Shown: in pieces, positions 1 through 12,611 of the stretch
Layout of the letters: every line of letters begins with the position of its first letter
Numbering within the stretch: position 1 is the stretch's first letter
Assembly (NCBI RefSeq): GCF_963921235.1
Contig: NC_086108.1
Span: 20,088,001-20,152,000 of the forward strand
Reading direction: 5' to 3'
DNA length: 64,000 bases
Source of the DNA: Mobula hypostoma
Lineage: Eukaryota
Made by a program: the position numbers and the translations under genes
Notes under the pieces: generated by a model
Told to the model about the DNA's origin: nothing
The model's input: only the letters and a program-made list of their open reading frames with translations
The model's database searches: none

Positions 1-1320
1 CTCTTACTCTCTGTTTATCACTAACTGTGCAAATAACTTTACTATTTTCTTTTTCTTCCTTCTTCCCTACATTTGTTCCTACACTCTGGTTCCCCTCCCC
101 CCTCGTATCTAGTTTAAATCTACCAGAGCGCCTCTCGCAAACCTACCTGCAAGAATATTTGTCCCCCTGCAGTTCAGATGTAGACCGTCCGGCCGGAACA
201 GGTCCCACCTTCACTGGAAAACTGCCGAATTATCTATAAATCTAAAGCCCTCCCTCCTGCACCATGGCTTCAGCCACGTGTTGATCTGCGCTATCTTACT
301 ATTTCTAAACCCGCCTGCACATGGCACTGGCAGCAATTCTGAGATTGCTATCCTGGAGGTCCTGTCCTTTAACTTGGTGCCTAACTCCCTAAACTCACCT
401 TTCAGGACCTCCACACTCTTCCTACCCACATCATTGGTCCCTACCTGGACCACGACATCCGGCTGCTCACCCTCCCTCTTGAGAATACCAAGAACTCGAT
501 CCGAGATATCACGGACCTTGGCACCAGGGAGACAACAGACCATCTGGGATTCTCGATCTCTTCCACAGCACCTCTTATCTGTCCCCCTAACTATTGAATC
601 CCCTATCACTATTGCTCTCCTCTTTTCCCTCCTTCCCTTCTGAATTGAGGGCCCCATCTCGGTGCCAGAGATGCAACCACTGCAACTTGTCCTTGGTAGG
701 TCGTCCCCATCAACAGTATCCAAAACAATGTACTTATTATTGGTGGGAACGGCCACAGGGGTGCTCTGCTCATTCTGTCTCTTCTCCTTCCCTCTCCTGA
801 CAGTCACCCAGCTACCTGTCTCCTGACCCTTGGGGGTGACTATCTCCCTGTAACTCCTCTCTATTTCTGCCTCTGCCTCCCGAATGATCCAAAGTTCATC
901 CAGCTCCAGCTCCAGTTCCCTAACTCGGTTTGTCAGGAGCTGCAGCTGGATGCACCTTTCGCAGGTGTAGTTATCAGGGACGATTGTGCTCGCCCTGACT
1001 TCCCACATCCTGCAAACGGAGCATTCAATTGCCCTAACTGCCTCCATTACCTACTGCCAAGGTAGTTTGATTTATTAAAGGAACTTACCCAACCTTACCT
1101 CACTTGGAGTGAAGCTCTTCCTCAGCCTCTGCTCGCCGAAGCCTCAGGAGCCAAAGCCTTTCTACTCTGTCTTTCTTTACTAAGTTGCCCGCTCCATTAA
1201 TCTGCTTTCTTTTAAATACTCCCGCTGCCTCATGGTCCGACTTACACGCGCTTGCTCAGTCGTGCCCCGTTCAACTGCCGAAGAAAATGACTGACTTCCA
1301 CAAACTGCTCTTTATTTCTA
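1..1320 (-). mobile_element. CR1 LINE 5' portion: 5'UTR plus ORF1 (zinc finger/leucine zipper and SGNH esterase)
   Basis: ORF 211-1047(-): CSVCRMW..CERC, LELELDEL zipper, IVIGDSIVRG, CLPGAKV, QVGTNDV; the right boundary is approximate. Confidence 0.88.
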
Positions 1321-1595
1321 ATTTATCTTTTTTTCTGTCTGTTGTTACCTTTGCATTGATTACTTTGCAGAAGTTCTCAGAGAGCATGAGGGCATTGTTA
1401 GCTCTGATAATTCAATCTTCTTGTTATAAAATGCCTCGGTTGTATTTTCTCTACTGTAATACTTCCATCAATTCATTTCTTTTGGCAGTATTACAGATTT
1501 GGTAAATTTGATAGAAGGCATGAAACATGCGAAATTGTGGTAAATGCAAGTAAATTAATGCAATACTTTGCTGCTTACCCATGTTTTGTTTTCAG

Positions 1596-1642
1596 GTTTT
1601 GTAGACGTTGAGACACCAACATTATTTAAGAGAACACCTGGA
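1596..1642 (+). CDS. DARS2: DARS2 coding exon (equivalent to human exon 7); upstream exons lie outside the window
   Basis: ttttcag|GT TTT GTA GAC...CCT GGA|gtaagt; 47 nt; translates (G)FVDVETPTLFKRTPG, class II aaRS motif 1 region. Confidence 0.95.
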
Positions 1643-2403
1643 GTAAGTACGCCAAATATTTCTGCTCTTCCCAACTGCATTTTCTTTTCTACCTCTTATA
1701 GGTGAAAGAGGTGGAAAAGAAACCGTAGCTTAAAAAGTTTCCATTCAAAAACATGCCATTCTCAATGGTGGTTAGATTTTTCTTCTCCCAACCCAATACC
1801 ATTCTATCTTAGTTCACAAAATATACTTTTGAGAAACCTTGGATCAGTTCTCCTTGGACTTTTTGCCCTTGCCCATTCTGTTTTAAATAATTCAGATCAA
1901 TTATGGGGCCTTAACTGGTGAACTCTGCATAGATCTGACACCTCCCTACATGTCTGAGTACATTACCTCACCACATGATGAGCTGGAGCAGAACTATTGT
2001 AGGCCACTGTGACTTTGTGTCTCTAGAGCTATGGTTTTTAGATTCATGTGCCCAAGGAAAGGGCTTTGTGTGGCTGGCAGGGACCATGTGATGAAGCATC
2101 CTTTTGGAGTAAGGAGACTTGTGTTCTGACAACAATAAACAAAACAGAAAGAGATTGATTCATAACATCTGCAGAGACTGGGATTCTGAGGCTTAATGTT
2201 TCAGACTTTTGAGTTGCAGTGGTGGTTTTAACTGATTATGTTAACTGATTACACAGTTATAGAAGTCAGTGACAGATCCGTACAGAGAGGGAAGAGGCTT
2301 GTTTTGATCCTTTGGCTTCATTAAGTGTAAGGTCAACTGTTGATAGGACTGCAACAAGACGTACAAGGGCAAAATCATGCCAAAGACCACTGTTAGACTT
2401 AAT

Positions 2404-2697
2404 AACACACATTAGAGTTGCTGGTGAATGCAGCAGGCCAGGCAGCATCTCTAGGAAGAGGTACTGTCGGAGTTTCGGGCCGAGACCCTTCGTCAGGACT
2501 AACTGAAAGAAGAGCTAGTAGGAGATTTGAAAGTGGGAGGGGGAGGGGGAGATCCGAAATGATAGGAGAAGACAGGAGGGGGAGGGATGGAGCCAAGAGC
2601 TGGACAGTTGATTGGCAAAAGGGATATGAGAGGATCATGGAACAGGAGGCCCAGGGAGAAAGAAAAGGGGTGGGGGGGGGAAACCCAGAGGATGGGC
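2404..2697 (-). mobile_element. Penelope-like pLTR fragment with degenerate hammerhead
   Basis: Near-identical to the terminal repeats at 6870-7248 and 44805-45110; hammerhead core at 2465-2500 has GAAACTCC instead of GAAACGTC. Confidence 0.85.
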
Positions 2698-4004
2698 TGG
2701 TGAAAATAAAGCGGTGGGGGTCAGGGAACTTAAAATCATTGCAAAGTTTCAGAGCGTGAGAAGTGTCACGAACATAGGTAGGAAAGGATTGAACAATGCT
2801 GAAAATTAATGTTAAGACTTAGTGTTATTATTATTTGGACGTACGTTAACCAAATTCAGTGGCATTGTTACTCAATGCTGTTAATGGAGCAGAAAATCTG
2901 CAAAGAAAACCTGTAAAAATGTAATTTTGTGTTTTGATTTTGCAGCTATTTTAGATGTTCTTTTAGAAATCACTAGTTAATCTAAGTGAAGTAGAAAAGC
3001 TGGTAAATATACTTTGAACTTACTTAATGCAGTCTCCATATACCATGTGTTAAGGTTGTCATTAAACAAAATAAATATACTGTAGAACCGAGATTCGTGT
3101 TTCAGAGATCTTTCTCAAGAAGGACGGGAGTGATCTTTTACACCAGAATGATAAATAAATCTGAATCATTGTGGCCAAAGCTGATTGAGGTTTTGAGTAT
3201 TAAAGCAGTAAGCTTTACTAAAATCATTCATAATTTTTGTTTCCCCCACAAGCAACATATTCAGTCCATGTTCAGCTCATTACGTGTTAGTTTTTAGAGG
3301 TGTTATAAAGCAGGTCTCGATGTCTGAATTGGTTAGCTTTTTTATACGAATCACCCCTTGTGAGGCACAGAGAGATCTGTACTTATCGACCTTTATTGTT
3401 CAAACTAATAAATACATGAATTTGAACACTAAATACCTTGTGTGCACATCTACTAAGTTTCCCTGACTCTCCTGAATAGCAAAGGTATTACCCGGGCAAA
3501 GGAGTCTGTGCAGGCTAGGCGTTCCTTCTAGTCCTGATTCACTTGCCACGTGTTCCACGATGGTTATTCTTTGATGTTACCGCTACCAGCACACACGAAC
3601 TATCCATCCCTTATCAATTCAGATGTTACATTCCAGTGTCATTGGCCACGCGTTATGTGTCCGATCTTTAACATCTTTTTATTGGCTCTACTCCAAGCCA
3701 GCATCCATTTATTGCCCTCTTTAAAGCAAGTGACAGTCGATAATTTATAGCTCTTTGTTTTCAATCAGCACCCAGCTTGAATTACTCCAGGTAGGCACAA
3801 CCCCCAACATTCACAAACCTGCATGTTATATTCAACCAAAGGACATCTCACAAATAACTTCTTATTTGGAAGTGATCTCAAGTCCAAATTTCCTGGAGCA
3901 TCATTGTGTCTTCTTTAAAACATTCATCAAGCCCAGAATGTGAAGCTCACATTCACAACACGCTGGAGGAACTCAGCAGGTCGGGCAGCATCCGTGGAAA
4001 CGAT

Positions 4005-4042
4005 CAGTCAACGTTTCGGGCCGGAACCCTTCATCAGGACTG
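4005..4042 (-). ncRNA. Minimal type I hammerhead ribozyme motif
   Basis: Reverse complement reads cagtc-CTGATGA-agggttccggccc-GAAACGTT-gactg; stem I cagtc/gactg. Confidence 0.75.
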
Positions 4043-5559
4043 AAGAAGGAAGGGGGAGGGTGGGAAGGAGAAGGCTGGTAGGTTCCAGGTGAAAAACCAG
4101 TAAGGGGAAAGATAAAGGGGTGGGGGAGGGGAAGCAGGGAATTGATAGGCAGGAAAGGTGAAGAAGGAATAGGGGAAAACACAATGGGTAGTAGAAGGAG
4201 GTGGAACCATGAGGGAGGTGATAGGCAGCTGCGGGAGGGGGGCAGAGTGAAATACGGATAGGGGGAGGGAATTACCGGAAGTTGGAGAATTCTGTGTTCA
4301 TACCAAGGGGCTAAAGACTACTGAGACAGTATATGAGGTGTTGCTCTTCCAACCTGAGTTTAGCCTCATCATGGCAGTAGAGGAGGCCATGTATAGACAT
4401 ATCCGAATGGGAATGGGAAGCAGAGTTGAAGTGGTAGCAACGGGGAGATCCTGTCTGTTGTGGCGGACGGATTGGAGGTGCTCGACGAAGTGGTCCCCCA
4501 ATCTGTGTCGGGTTTCACCGATGTGGAGGAGGCCACACCGGGAGCACCGGATGCAATAGATGACCCCAACAGACTCAGAAGTGAAGTGTTACCTCACCTG
4601 GAAGGACTGTTTGGGGCCCTGAATGGTGGCAAGAGAGGAGGTGTAGGGACAGGTGTAGCACTTGCACTTACAGGGATAAGTGCTGGGTGGGAGATCCGTG
4701 GGGAGGGACCGATCCCTGCGGAAAGCAGAGAGGGGTGGAGAGGGAAAGATGTGCTTAGTGGTGGGGTCCTGTTGAAGGTGGAGGAAGTTGCGGAGGATAA
4801 TGTGCTGGATCTGGAGGCTGGTTGGGCGGTAGGTGAGGACAGGGGGAACTCTGTCCCTGTTGTGGGGGCGGGACGATGGGGTGAGGGTCGAAGTGCGGGA
4901 AATGGAGGAGATGCGGGTGAGGGCATCATTGATGACGGCAGAAGGGAAACCACGATCCTTAAAGAAAGAGGACATTTGAGATGTCCTGGAATGGAAAACC
5001 TCATCCTGGGAGCAGATGCGGCAGTGACGGAGGAACTGGGAATAGGGAATGGCATTCTTACATGTGGCAGGGTGGGAAGAGGTATAGTCGAGGTAGTTAT
5101 GAGAGTCAGTGGGCTTGTAGAAGATGTCAGTGGACAATCTGTCTCCAGAGATGGAGACCGAAAGATCGAGAAAGGGAAAAGAAGTGTCCAAGATAGACCA
5201 AGTGAATTTGAGGGCTGGGTGGAAGTTTGAGGTAACGTCGATGAAATTGACGAACTCAGCATGGGTGCAGGAAGCAGCACCAATGTAGTTGTCAATGTAG
5301 CGAAGGAAAAGTTGGGGAGCAGTACCAGAATAGGTTTGGAGCACAGACTGTTCCACATAACCAACGAGGGGGCAGGCATAGCTGGGGCCCATGCGAGTGC
5401 CCATAGCTACACCCTTGGTCTGAAGAAAGTGGGAAGAGCCAAAAGAGAAGTTATTAAGTGTGAGCAACAGGAATTCTGCAGATGCTGGAAATTCAAGCAA
5501 CATACATCAAAGTTGCTGGTGAACGCAGCAGGCCAGGCAGCATCTCTAGGAAGAGGTAC

Positions 5560-5595
5560 AGTCGATGTTTCAGGCCGAGACCCTTCGTCAGGACT
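5560..5595 (-). ncRNA. Minimal hammerhead ribozyme motif (variant)
   Basis: Reverse complement reads agtc-CTGACGA-agggtctcggcct-GAAACATC-gact. Confidence 0.6.
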
Positions 5596-7164
5596 AACTG
5601 AAGGAACTCTACCACCACTCTGCTCTGTCTAGCGGAATTAGTCCTTACTCTTAATAATTTCTTCTTTGGCTCCTCCCACTTCCTCCAAACTAAAGGTGTA
5701 GCTATGGGCACCCGTATGGGTCCTAGCTATGCCTGCCTTTTTGTTGGCTTTGTGGAACAATCTATGTTCCGTACCTATTCTGGTATCTGTTCCCCACCTT
5801 TTCCTTCGCTACATTGACGACTGCATTGGCGCTGCTTCCTGCACGCATGCTGAGCTCGTTGACTTTATTAACTTTGCCTCCAACTTTCAACCTGCCCCCA
5901 AGTTTACCTGGTCCATTTCCGACACCTCCCTCCCCTTTCTAGATCTTTCTGTCTCTATCTCTGGAGACAGCTTATCCACTGATGTCTACTGTAAGCCTAC
6001 TGACTCTCACAGCTATCTGGACTATTCCTCTTCTCACCCTGTCTCTTGCAAAAATACCATCCCCTTCTCGCAATTCCTCCGTCTCCGCCGCATCTGCTCT
6101 CAGGATGAGGCTTTTCATTCCAGGACGAGGGAGATGTCCTCCTTTTTTAAAGAAAGGGGCTTCCCTTCCTCCACCATCAACTCTGCTCTCAAACGCATCT
6201 CCCCCATTTCATGCACATCTGCTCTCACTCCATCCTCCCGGCACCCCTCTAGGAATAGGGTTTCCTTGGTCCTCACCTACCACCCCACCAGCCTCCGGGT
6301 CCAACATATTATTCTCCGTAACTTCCGCCACCTCCAACGGGATCCCAGCACTAAGCACATCTTTCCCACCCTCCCCTGCTTTCCACAGGGGTCGCTCCCT
6401 ACGCAACTCCCTTGTGCATTCGTCCCCCCCATCCCTCCCCACTGATCTCCCTCCTGGCACTTATTCTTGCAAGCAGAACAAGTGCTACACATGCCCTTAC
6501 ACTTCCTCCCTTACCACCATTCAGGGCCCCAGACAGTCCTTCCAGGTGAGGCGACACTTCACCTATGAGTCGGCTGGGGTGATATACTGCGTCCGGTGCT
6601 CCCTATGTGGCCTTCTATATATTGGCGAGACCTGACGCAGACTGGGAGACCGCTTTGCTGAACACCTACGCTCTGTCCGCCAGAGAAAGCAGGATCTCCC
6701 AGTGGCCACACATTTTAATTCCACATCCCATTCCCATTCTGACATGTCTATCCACGGCCTCCTCTACTGTAAAGATGAAGCCACACTCAGGTTGGAGGAA
6801 CAACACCTTATATTCCGTCTGGGTAGCCTCCGACCTGATGGCATGAACATTGACTTCTTTAACTTCCGCTAATGCCCCACCTCCCCCTTGTACTCCATCC
6901 GTTATTTATTTTTATACACACATTCTTTCTCTCACTCTCCTTTTCCTCCCTCCATCCCTCTGACTATACCCCTTGCCCATCCTCTGGGTCCCCCCCCCCC
7001 GTCTTTCTCCCTGGGCCTCCTGTCCCATGATCCTCTCATATCTCCTTTGCCAATCATCTGTCCAGCTCTTGGCTCCATCCCTCCCTCTCCTGTCTTCCCC
7101 TATCATTTTGGATCTCCCCCTCCCCCTCCCACTTTCAAATCTCTTACTAACTTTTCCTTCATTT

Positions 7165-7200
7165 AGTCCTGACGAAGAGTCTCGGCCTGAAACGTTGACT
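7165..7200 (+). ncRNA. Minimal hammerhead ribozyme motif
   Basis: agtc-CTGACGA-agagtctcggcct-GAAACGTT-gact; stem II weakened. Confidence 0.62.
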
Positions 7201-7799
7201 GTACCTCTTCCTAGAGATGCTGCCTGGCCTGCTGCGTTCACCAGTAACTTATTAAGTGTGAGTACCAGTTCCACCAACCAGAGGAGGGTAGTGGTGGTGG
7301 GGAACTGGTGAGGTCTATTGTCCAGAAAGTATTGGAGGGCTTTGAGGCCTTCTTGATGGGGAATGGAGGTGTATAAGGATTGGACATCCAGAGTGAAAAT
7401 GAAGCGATCAGGACCGAGGAACTGAAAGTTACTGAAGAGGTGGAGGGCATGGGATGTATCCCGGATGTAGGTGATCGTTTCCATGGATGCTGCCTGACCT
7501 GCTGAGTTCCTCCAGCGTGTTGTGAGTGTTGCTTTGACCCCAGCCTCTGCAGAATATTTTATGTCAAGCTCACAAAATGGAGAATAGTGTCTACAAAATG
7601 GTAGCCTCCAGCCCCAAACTCATGGCAAGAACAAAGACAATTAGTCTGCCTGCTTCCACTGTCCTCGATTCATTCGAATTCACTGATTTGTAGACTGTCA
7701 TTCTTTCTAACCAACAACTTTCATAAGGTCAAAATGAAGTCGAATTTATTGTTTTATTTTTTTCAAAGCAGTATTTGCTCTGGGGTTAGGATACCATAA

Positions 7800-8250
7800 T
7801 TACAGAAACGTGGCTGGGGGAAGGGCAGGATTGGCAGCCCAATGTTTAAGGATATTCTTTGAACCTCTCCAGCCCGCTACCCACGGGACATTCAATGAAG
7901 CCATATGGGTAGAACTTAAAAACAAGAAGCGGATATTCACTCTGATGGGATTGTATTATAGGCCCCCAATAGTTGGGGAAATGGAGGAACAGATGTGTTG
8001 AGAGATTGTAGCCAGTTGTAAACTTAGCAGGGTAATATTAGTGGGAATTTTTAACATCCCTAATATTGACTGGGCCAGCCATAGTGTAAAAAGCTTGGAC
8101 TGAATGGAATTTATGGAATTTGTATCCAAGAGTGCTTCCTTTATTAATATAATAGAGAGATCTACTAGAGAGTGTAGCACTGGACCTCCTGCTGTGGAAT
8201 GGGGTAAAGCAAGTGGTGGAGGTGTCTGTTGGCAAACACTTTGGGTCAAA
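7800..8250 (+). mobile_element. Degenerate CR1 ORF2 endonuclease fragment
   Basis: EAIWVELKNKKRIFTLMGLYYRPP, followed by VGIFNIPNIDW-like remnants. Confidence 0.7.
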
Positions 8251-8890
8251 AAATTCATTCTCTGATCAGTTTAGCTTTCATGAATACTTATGTGTCGTAT
8301 CTGATATGAAAGAATATGCTTCTGCTACAATATTGTGATTAGCACAGCTGAAAGATGTGAAACAGATGGAAGAATCTCATTTCTTTTCCCGAGTCTTACA
8401 ATCAGGAGAGAGGATGGCAGTTGAAGGTTGGTGAATGGAGATAACATGCTAAATACAGTTTGGAAGACTGATCATCTAAAATAGAAAATGCTGGAAACAC
8501 TTGGTGGGTCAGGCAACATCTGTGGAACATTAAACAGTTAATTTGTTTTTTTCCACAGATACTATCTATCCTCTGTTTTTGGCATCTTCTGCTTTCTATT
8601 TTAGATTTCTGGAATCCTTAAGATTTTTTTTACAACCTATATTCAAATCTGGTAAATGAGCTTGTAGAATACTGAAAATTGTTCAAATGTTTCAGTTTCA
8701 TAAGATTCCATTTATGGCAACTTACTCTCCATTGATATTTGCCCTGTTTGGTCTTCTTTAAAATGCCAATTAGTTAAATTGGAGGAGGAAAGCTGATTGC
8801 CTTTCTGAACTACTATCTTGATGAGCCATGATGAACAATGTAGTGCTCACTTGACTTCAGATCTGCACCTCCATTAAGGGTACAGAATGA

Positions 8891-9034
<144 letters not shown>

Positions 9035-9129
9035 TAAGATCTTATTCTAACCAACAAATGTGGGGGATTATGACTTTTCAGTTTAGGAAATATTGAATCA
9101 AAAAGTAACTTGAATTAAGAATAAAATCT

Positions 9130-10140
9130 GATGGATCACCTGACAGGGATCTAGGCACTGGATTCTCAACTCCAAACCCAGATGCCTATGTAAATCCTCT
9201 ACACATATGTTTGACTTGGTAGAGCTGTTTTGCAGTTTGACTCATGCTGAAAGAAGCACACCTTGCAGAAGGTCCCAATGGTTGTTGGAAGTTAATTATT
9301 TCAGGCATTCCTGCAGGAGTTCCTCAAAAAAATGTCTTGACCAAACTATCTTCAGCTGCTTCAGGTAGGACCTTCCATCATGAGATCAGAAGTGGGGATG
9401 TTTGATAAATGCACAATCTTCAGTTCCATTTGCAGTTTTAAAAATAAAACAGTGCATGCTAGTGTATTGCAAGACTTGAACAACATTTAGGCAAGCATTG
9501 ATCTGGTGACAAGAAAAACATTGTGCTTCAAAGTAAGGCATAGGCCATCTTCACAGGACAGAGTACATACCTAACATTCAATAGCATGATTATTACTGTA
9601 TCGTGTACCATTTACAACTGGAGGTACATATTGAGCATTAGTTTAGCTGGACCAGTCACATAAATATTGCTCTTGAGCAGTATGTGAGAGTCTGCATATT
9701 CTCCACGAAATTACTCAGCTTCTGCAAAGTACATCAGGAATGGAATGGAAAATTTTCTGGACAAATGCAGCTCCAACAAGTCTTGAGCTCAACTCCATCC
9801 AGATGACACAGTCCAATTGATTGTTACCCCACTCATCACCCTGCACTTTCTTTACTTGAGCAGTGCACAGTGGCAGCATTGTGTATCAGCCACGAAAAGC
9901 TGTAGTTTCTCGTCTCCACCACTCTGACAACAACTCCCTCACCTTTGGCATTTACCATTAAGAACAATCGTGAATTTACAGAACTTCTCCAAGCCTTACA
10001 CCTTACTAACTTGGACGTACATTCCTGTTCCTTTGTTTTTACTAAATCTTGAAACTCTCTTACCAACAATGGTGCAAGGAGATGGATTCTTGGTTGGTCA
10101 CCAGAGATGAGCAGAAAATGTTGGTCTTCCCACTATCATT
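9130..10140 (+). mobile_element. Old, highly decayed CR1/L2-type LINE 3' remnant
   Basis: Remnant motif cctgcaggagttcctca...atcttcagctgcttc (AGVPQ...IFSCF); boundaries approximate. Confidence 0.5.
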
Positions 10141-10984
10141 CAGATTTTATTTCAGTTTATCAGGTTTGTGAAAGTATTAGCCAAGGTATTAATCTAACCT
10201 CACAAGATTAACTATAAAATACAATTTTAAAGCCACAGGGCAACTGTTGTTCTGACTAGGAATTTTTCAATATTGATTTTGTTTGATTCACACAGACACT
10301 GCAAAGTATTAGGTTTCAGTTTTTAATAAGTTGTGATTTGAGTCCACCAGTTGTCATGTAGTGTATCACAAAGGAGAGGAAAGAAGTATGCAGTTCTTTC
10401 TCCCTGTCACAGTTGTCATATGGCAGAAGTTGAAGAGAGAGTCCAGGGCATCAATTTGAAACTGGGAATGCTCTCTCTATGCTGTCTCTTCTATACCTTT
10501 TTAGTTCAACAATTTTTTATATCTATACATGCAGTGGTAAAATGTGAATATCTGTGTTATCAGGTCATATAATTATGGGAGAATTCAGATACAGTGGTAC
10601 AACTGTAAAACCTTTACAGTCTCATTTTTTTCTGTAATGTGTGCAAAATATTTGTGTGCATTATTATTATGTTATGCAGCAAAATTTCAATGTATTTCTT
10701 GCTTGATTTCCAGTGAGCACCTCAAGACATATGTCTTGAATGTTGCTTGTAAAATCTTCTTTTATATGCTTTTTAATTCTGCTCTGTAATACTGAACTTG
10801 AGAAATTCAAGAACTTTTTTGTTCATTTAATGTAAACATATGTATGTTATAGAAACAATTAAAATACATAAAGATGTAAAAGAATTTCCAGAAGTAGATT
10901 TGTGTATGTTGTATCCTTAAATATGCATTTTTAACCCTGATACGCAAGGAATAATAGTCCACATAACTAAATTAATTGTTAAGA

Positions 10985-12611
10985 CCACCCCTCCTCCAAA
11001 TGACCAGGTGCTGTGTCTTACCGTGGCCGATGTGAGGAGAACTCTGTGCAGGGTCAACCCACGGTAGGCTGCTGGACCAGACAATATTCCTGGCAGATGT
11101 GCAGACCAGCTAGCAGAAATTCTCACTGACATCTTCAACATCTCCCTGAGCAACACCGTCGTTCCTACGTGCTTCAAGGCCGCCACCATCATCCCCGTGC
11201 CGAAGAAGTCTCTAGTGTCCTGCCTCAACGGCTACCGTCCCGTCGCGCTCACATCCATCATCATGAAGTGTTTCGAGAGGCTCATCATGAGGCACATCAA
11301 GACCCTGCTGCCCCCCTCACTGGACGCCTTGCAGTTCGTGTACCGTCCCAACTGTTCAACAGACTATGCCATTGCCATCATCCTCCACCTGGCCCTAACC
11401 CACCTGGACAAAAAAGACTCGTATGTTCAAATGCTGTTCATAGACTTCAGTTCAGCATTCAACACAATCATTCCTCAGAAACTGATTGGAAAGCTGAACC
11501 TACTGGGCCTGAACACCTTCCACTGCAGCTGGATCCCAGACTTCCTGACTGGGAGACCTCAGTCAGTTCGGATTGGAAGCAGCATCTCCAACACCATCAC
11601 ACTGAGCACGGGGGCACCCCAGGGCTGTGTGCTCAGTCCACTGCTGTTCACTCTGCTGACCCACGACTGTGCTGCAACACACAGCTCGAATCACATCATC
11701 AAGTTCACTGATGACACGACCGTGATGGGTCTCATCAGCAAGAATGATGAGTCAGCATACAGAGAGGAGGTGCAGCAGCTAACAGACTGGTGCAGAGCCA
11801 ACAACCTGTCTCTGAATGTGAACAAAACAAAAGAGATGGTTGTTGACTTCAGGAGGACATGGAGCGACCACTCTCCGCTGAACATCAATGACTCCTCCGT
11901 AGAGATCGTTAAAGAGCAGCAAATTTCTTGGTGTTCACTTGGTGGAGAATCTCACCTGGTCCCTCAACACCAGCTCCATAGCAAAGAAAGCCCAGCAGCG
12001 TCTCTACTTTCTGCAAAGGCTGAGAAAAGTCCATCTCCCACCCCCCATCCTCACCACATTCTACAGAGGTTGTATTGAGAGCATCCTGAGCAGCTGCATC
12101 ACTGCCTGGTTCAGAAATTGCACCATCTTGGATTGCAAGACCCTGCAGCAGATAGTGAGATCAGCTGAGAAGATCATCGGGGTCTCTCTTCCCGCCATTA
12201 CAGACATTTACACCACACACTGCATCCGTAAAGCAAACGGCATTCTGAAGGACCCCACGCACTCCTCATACAATCTCTTCGCCCTCCTGCCATCTGGCAA
12301 AAGGCACCGAAGCATTTGGGCTCTCATGACCAGACTATGTAATAGTTTCTTCCCCCAAGCCATTAGACTCCTCAATACCCAGAGCCTGGACTGACACTAA
12401 CCCACTGCCCTCTACTGTGCCTATTGTCTTGTTTATTATTTATTATAATGCCTGCACTGTTTTGTGCTCTTTATGCAGTCCTGGGCAGGTCTGTAGTTAT
12501 TGTATTGTTTCATGTAGCACCATGGCCCTGAAAAACATTGTCTCGTTTTTACTGTGTGCTGTACCAGCAGTTATGGTCGAAATGACACTAAAAAGTGACT
12601 TGACTCGACTT
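10985..12611 (+). mobile_element. Rex1/Babar-type LINE, 5'-truncated
   Basis: ORFs 11197-12078 and 11939-12394: [48 protein letters not shown]; (tgact)n tail. Confidence 0.9.

Larger units (their letters stand above)
5465..7248 (+). mobile_element. Nested Penelope-like element: inverted pLTR, RT C-terminal half, GIY-YIG endonuclease, pLTR
   Basis: FLRYIDDCI; VIYCVRCSLCGLLYIGET; perfect 14-bp TSD ttattaagtgtgag at 5451-5464 and 7249-7262. Confidence 0.93.
3952..7560 (-). mobile_element. 5'-truncated Penelope-like element (RT plus GIY-YIG) with a short inverted terminal arm; host of a nested copy
   Basis: RT motifs FTLDVQSLYTSIP, GVAMGTRMGPSYA, FLRYIDN; inverted arm 7472-7560; 14-bp TSD atgtgaagctcaca (3938-3951) / atgtcaagctcaca (7561-7574). 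Confidence 0.9.

Noticed and set aside
3301..3755. Possible old solo LTR (tgttataaa...tttatagc)
   Set aside because: No clear CA end or TSD.
4460..5379. Long ORFs 4460-5230(+) and 4594-5379(-) as novel genes
   Set aside because: They are antisense or alternative frames of the GC-skewed Penelope RT.
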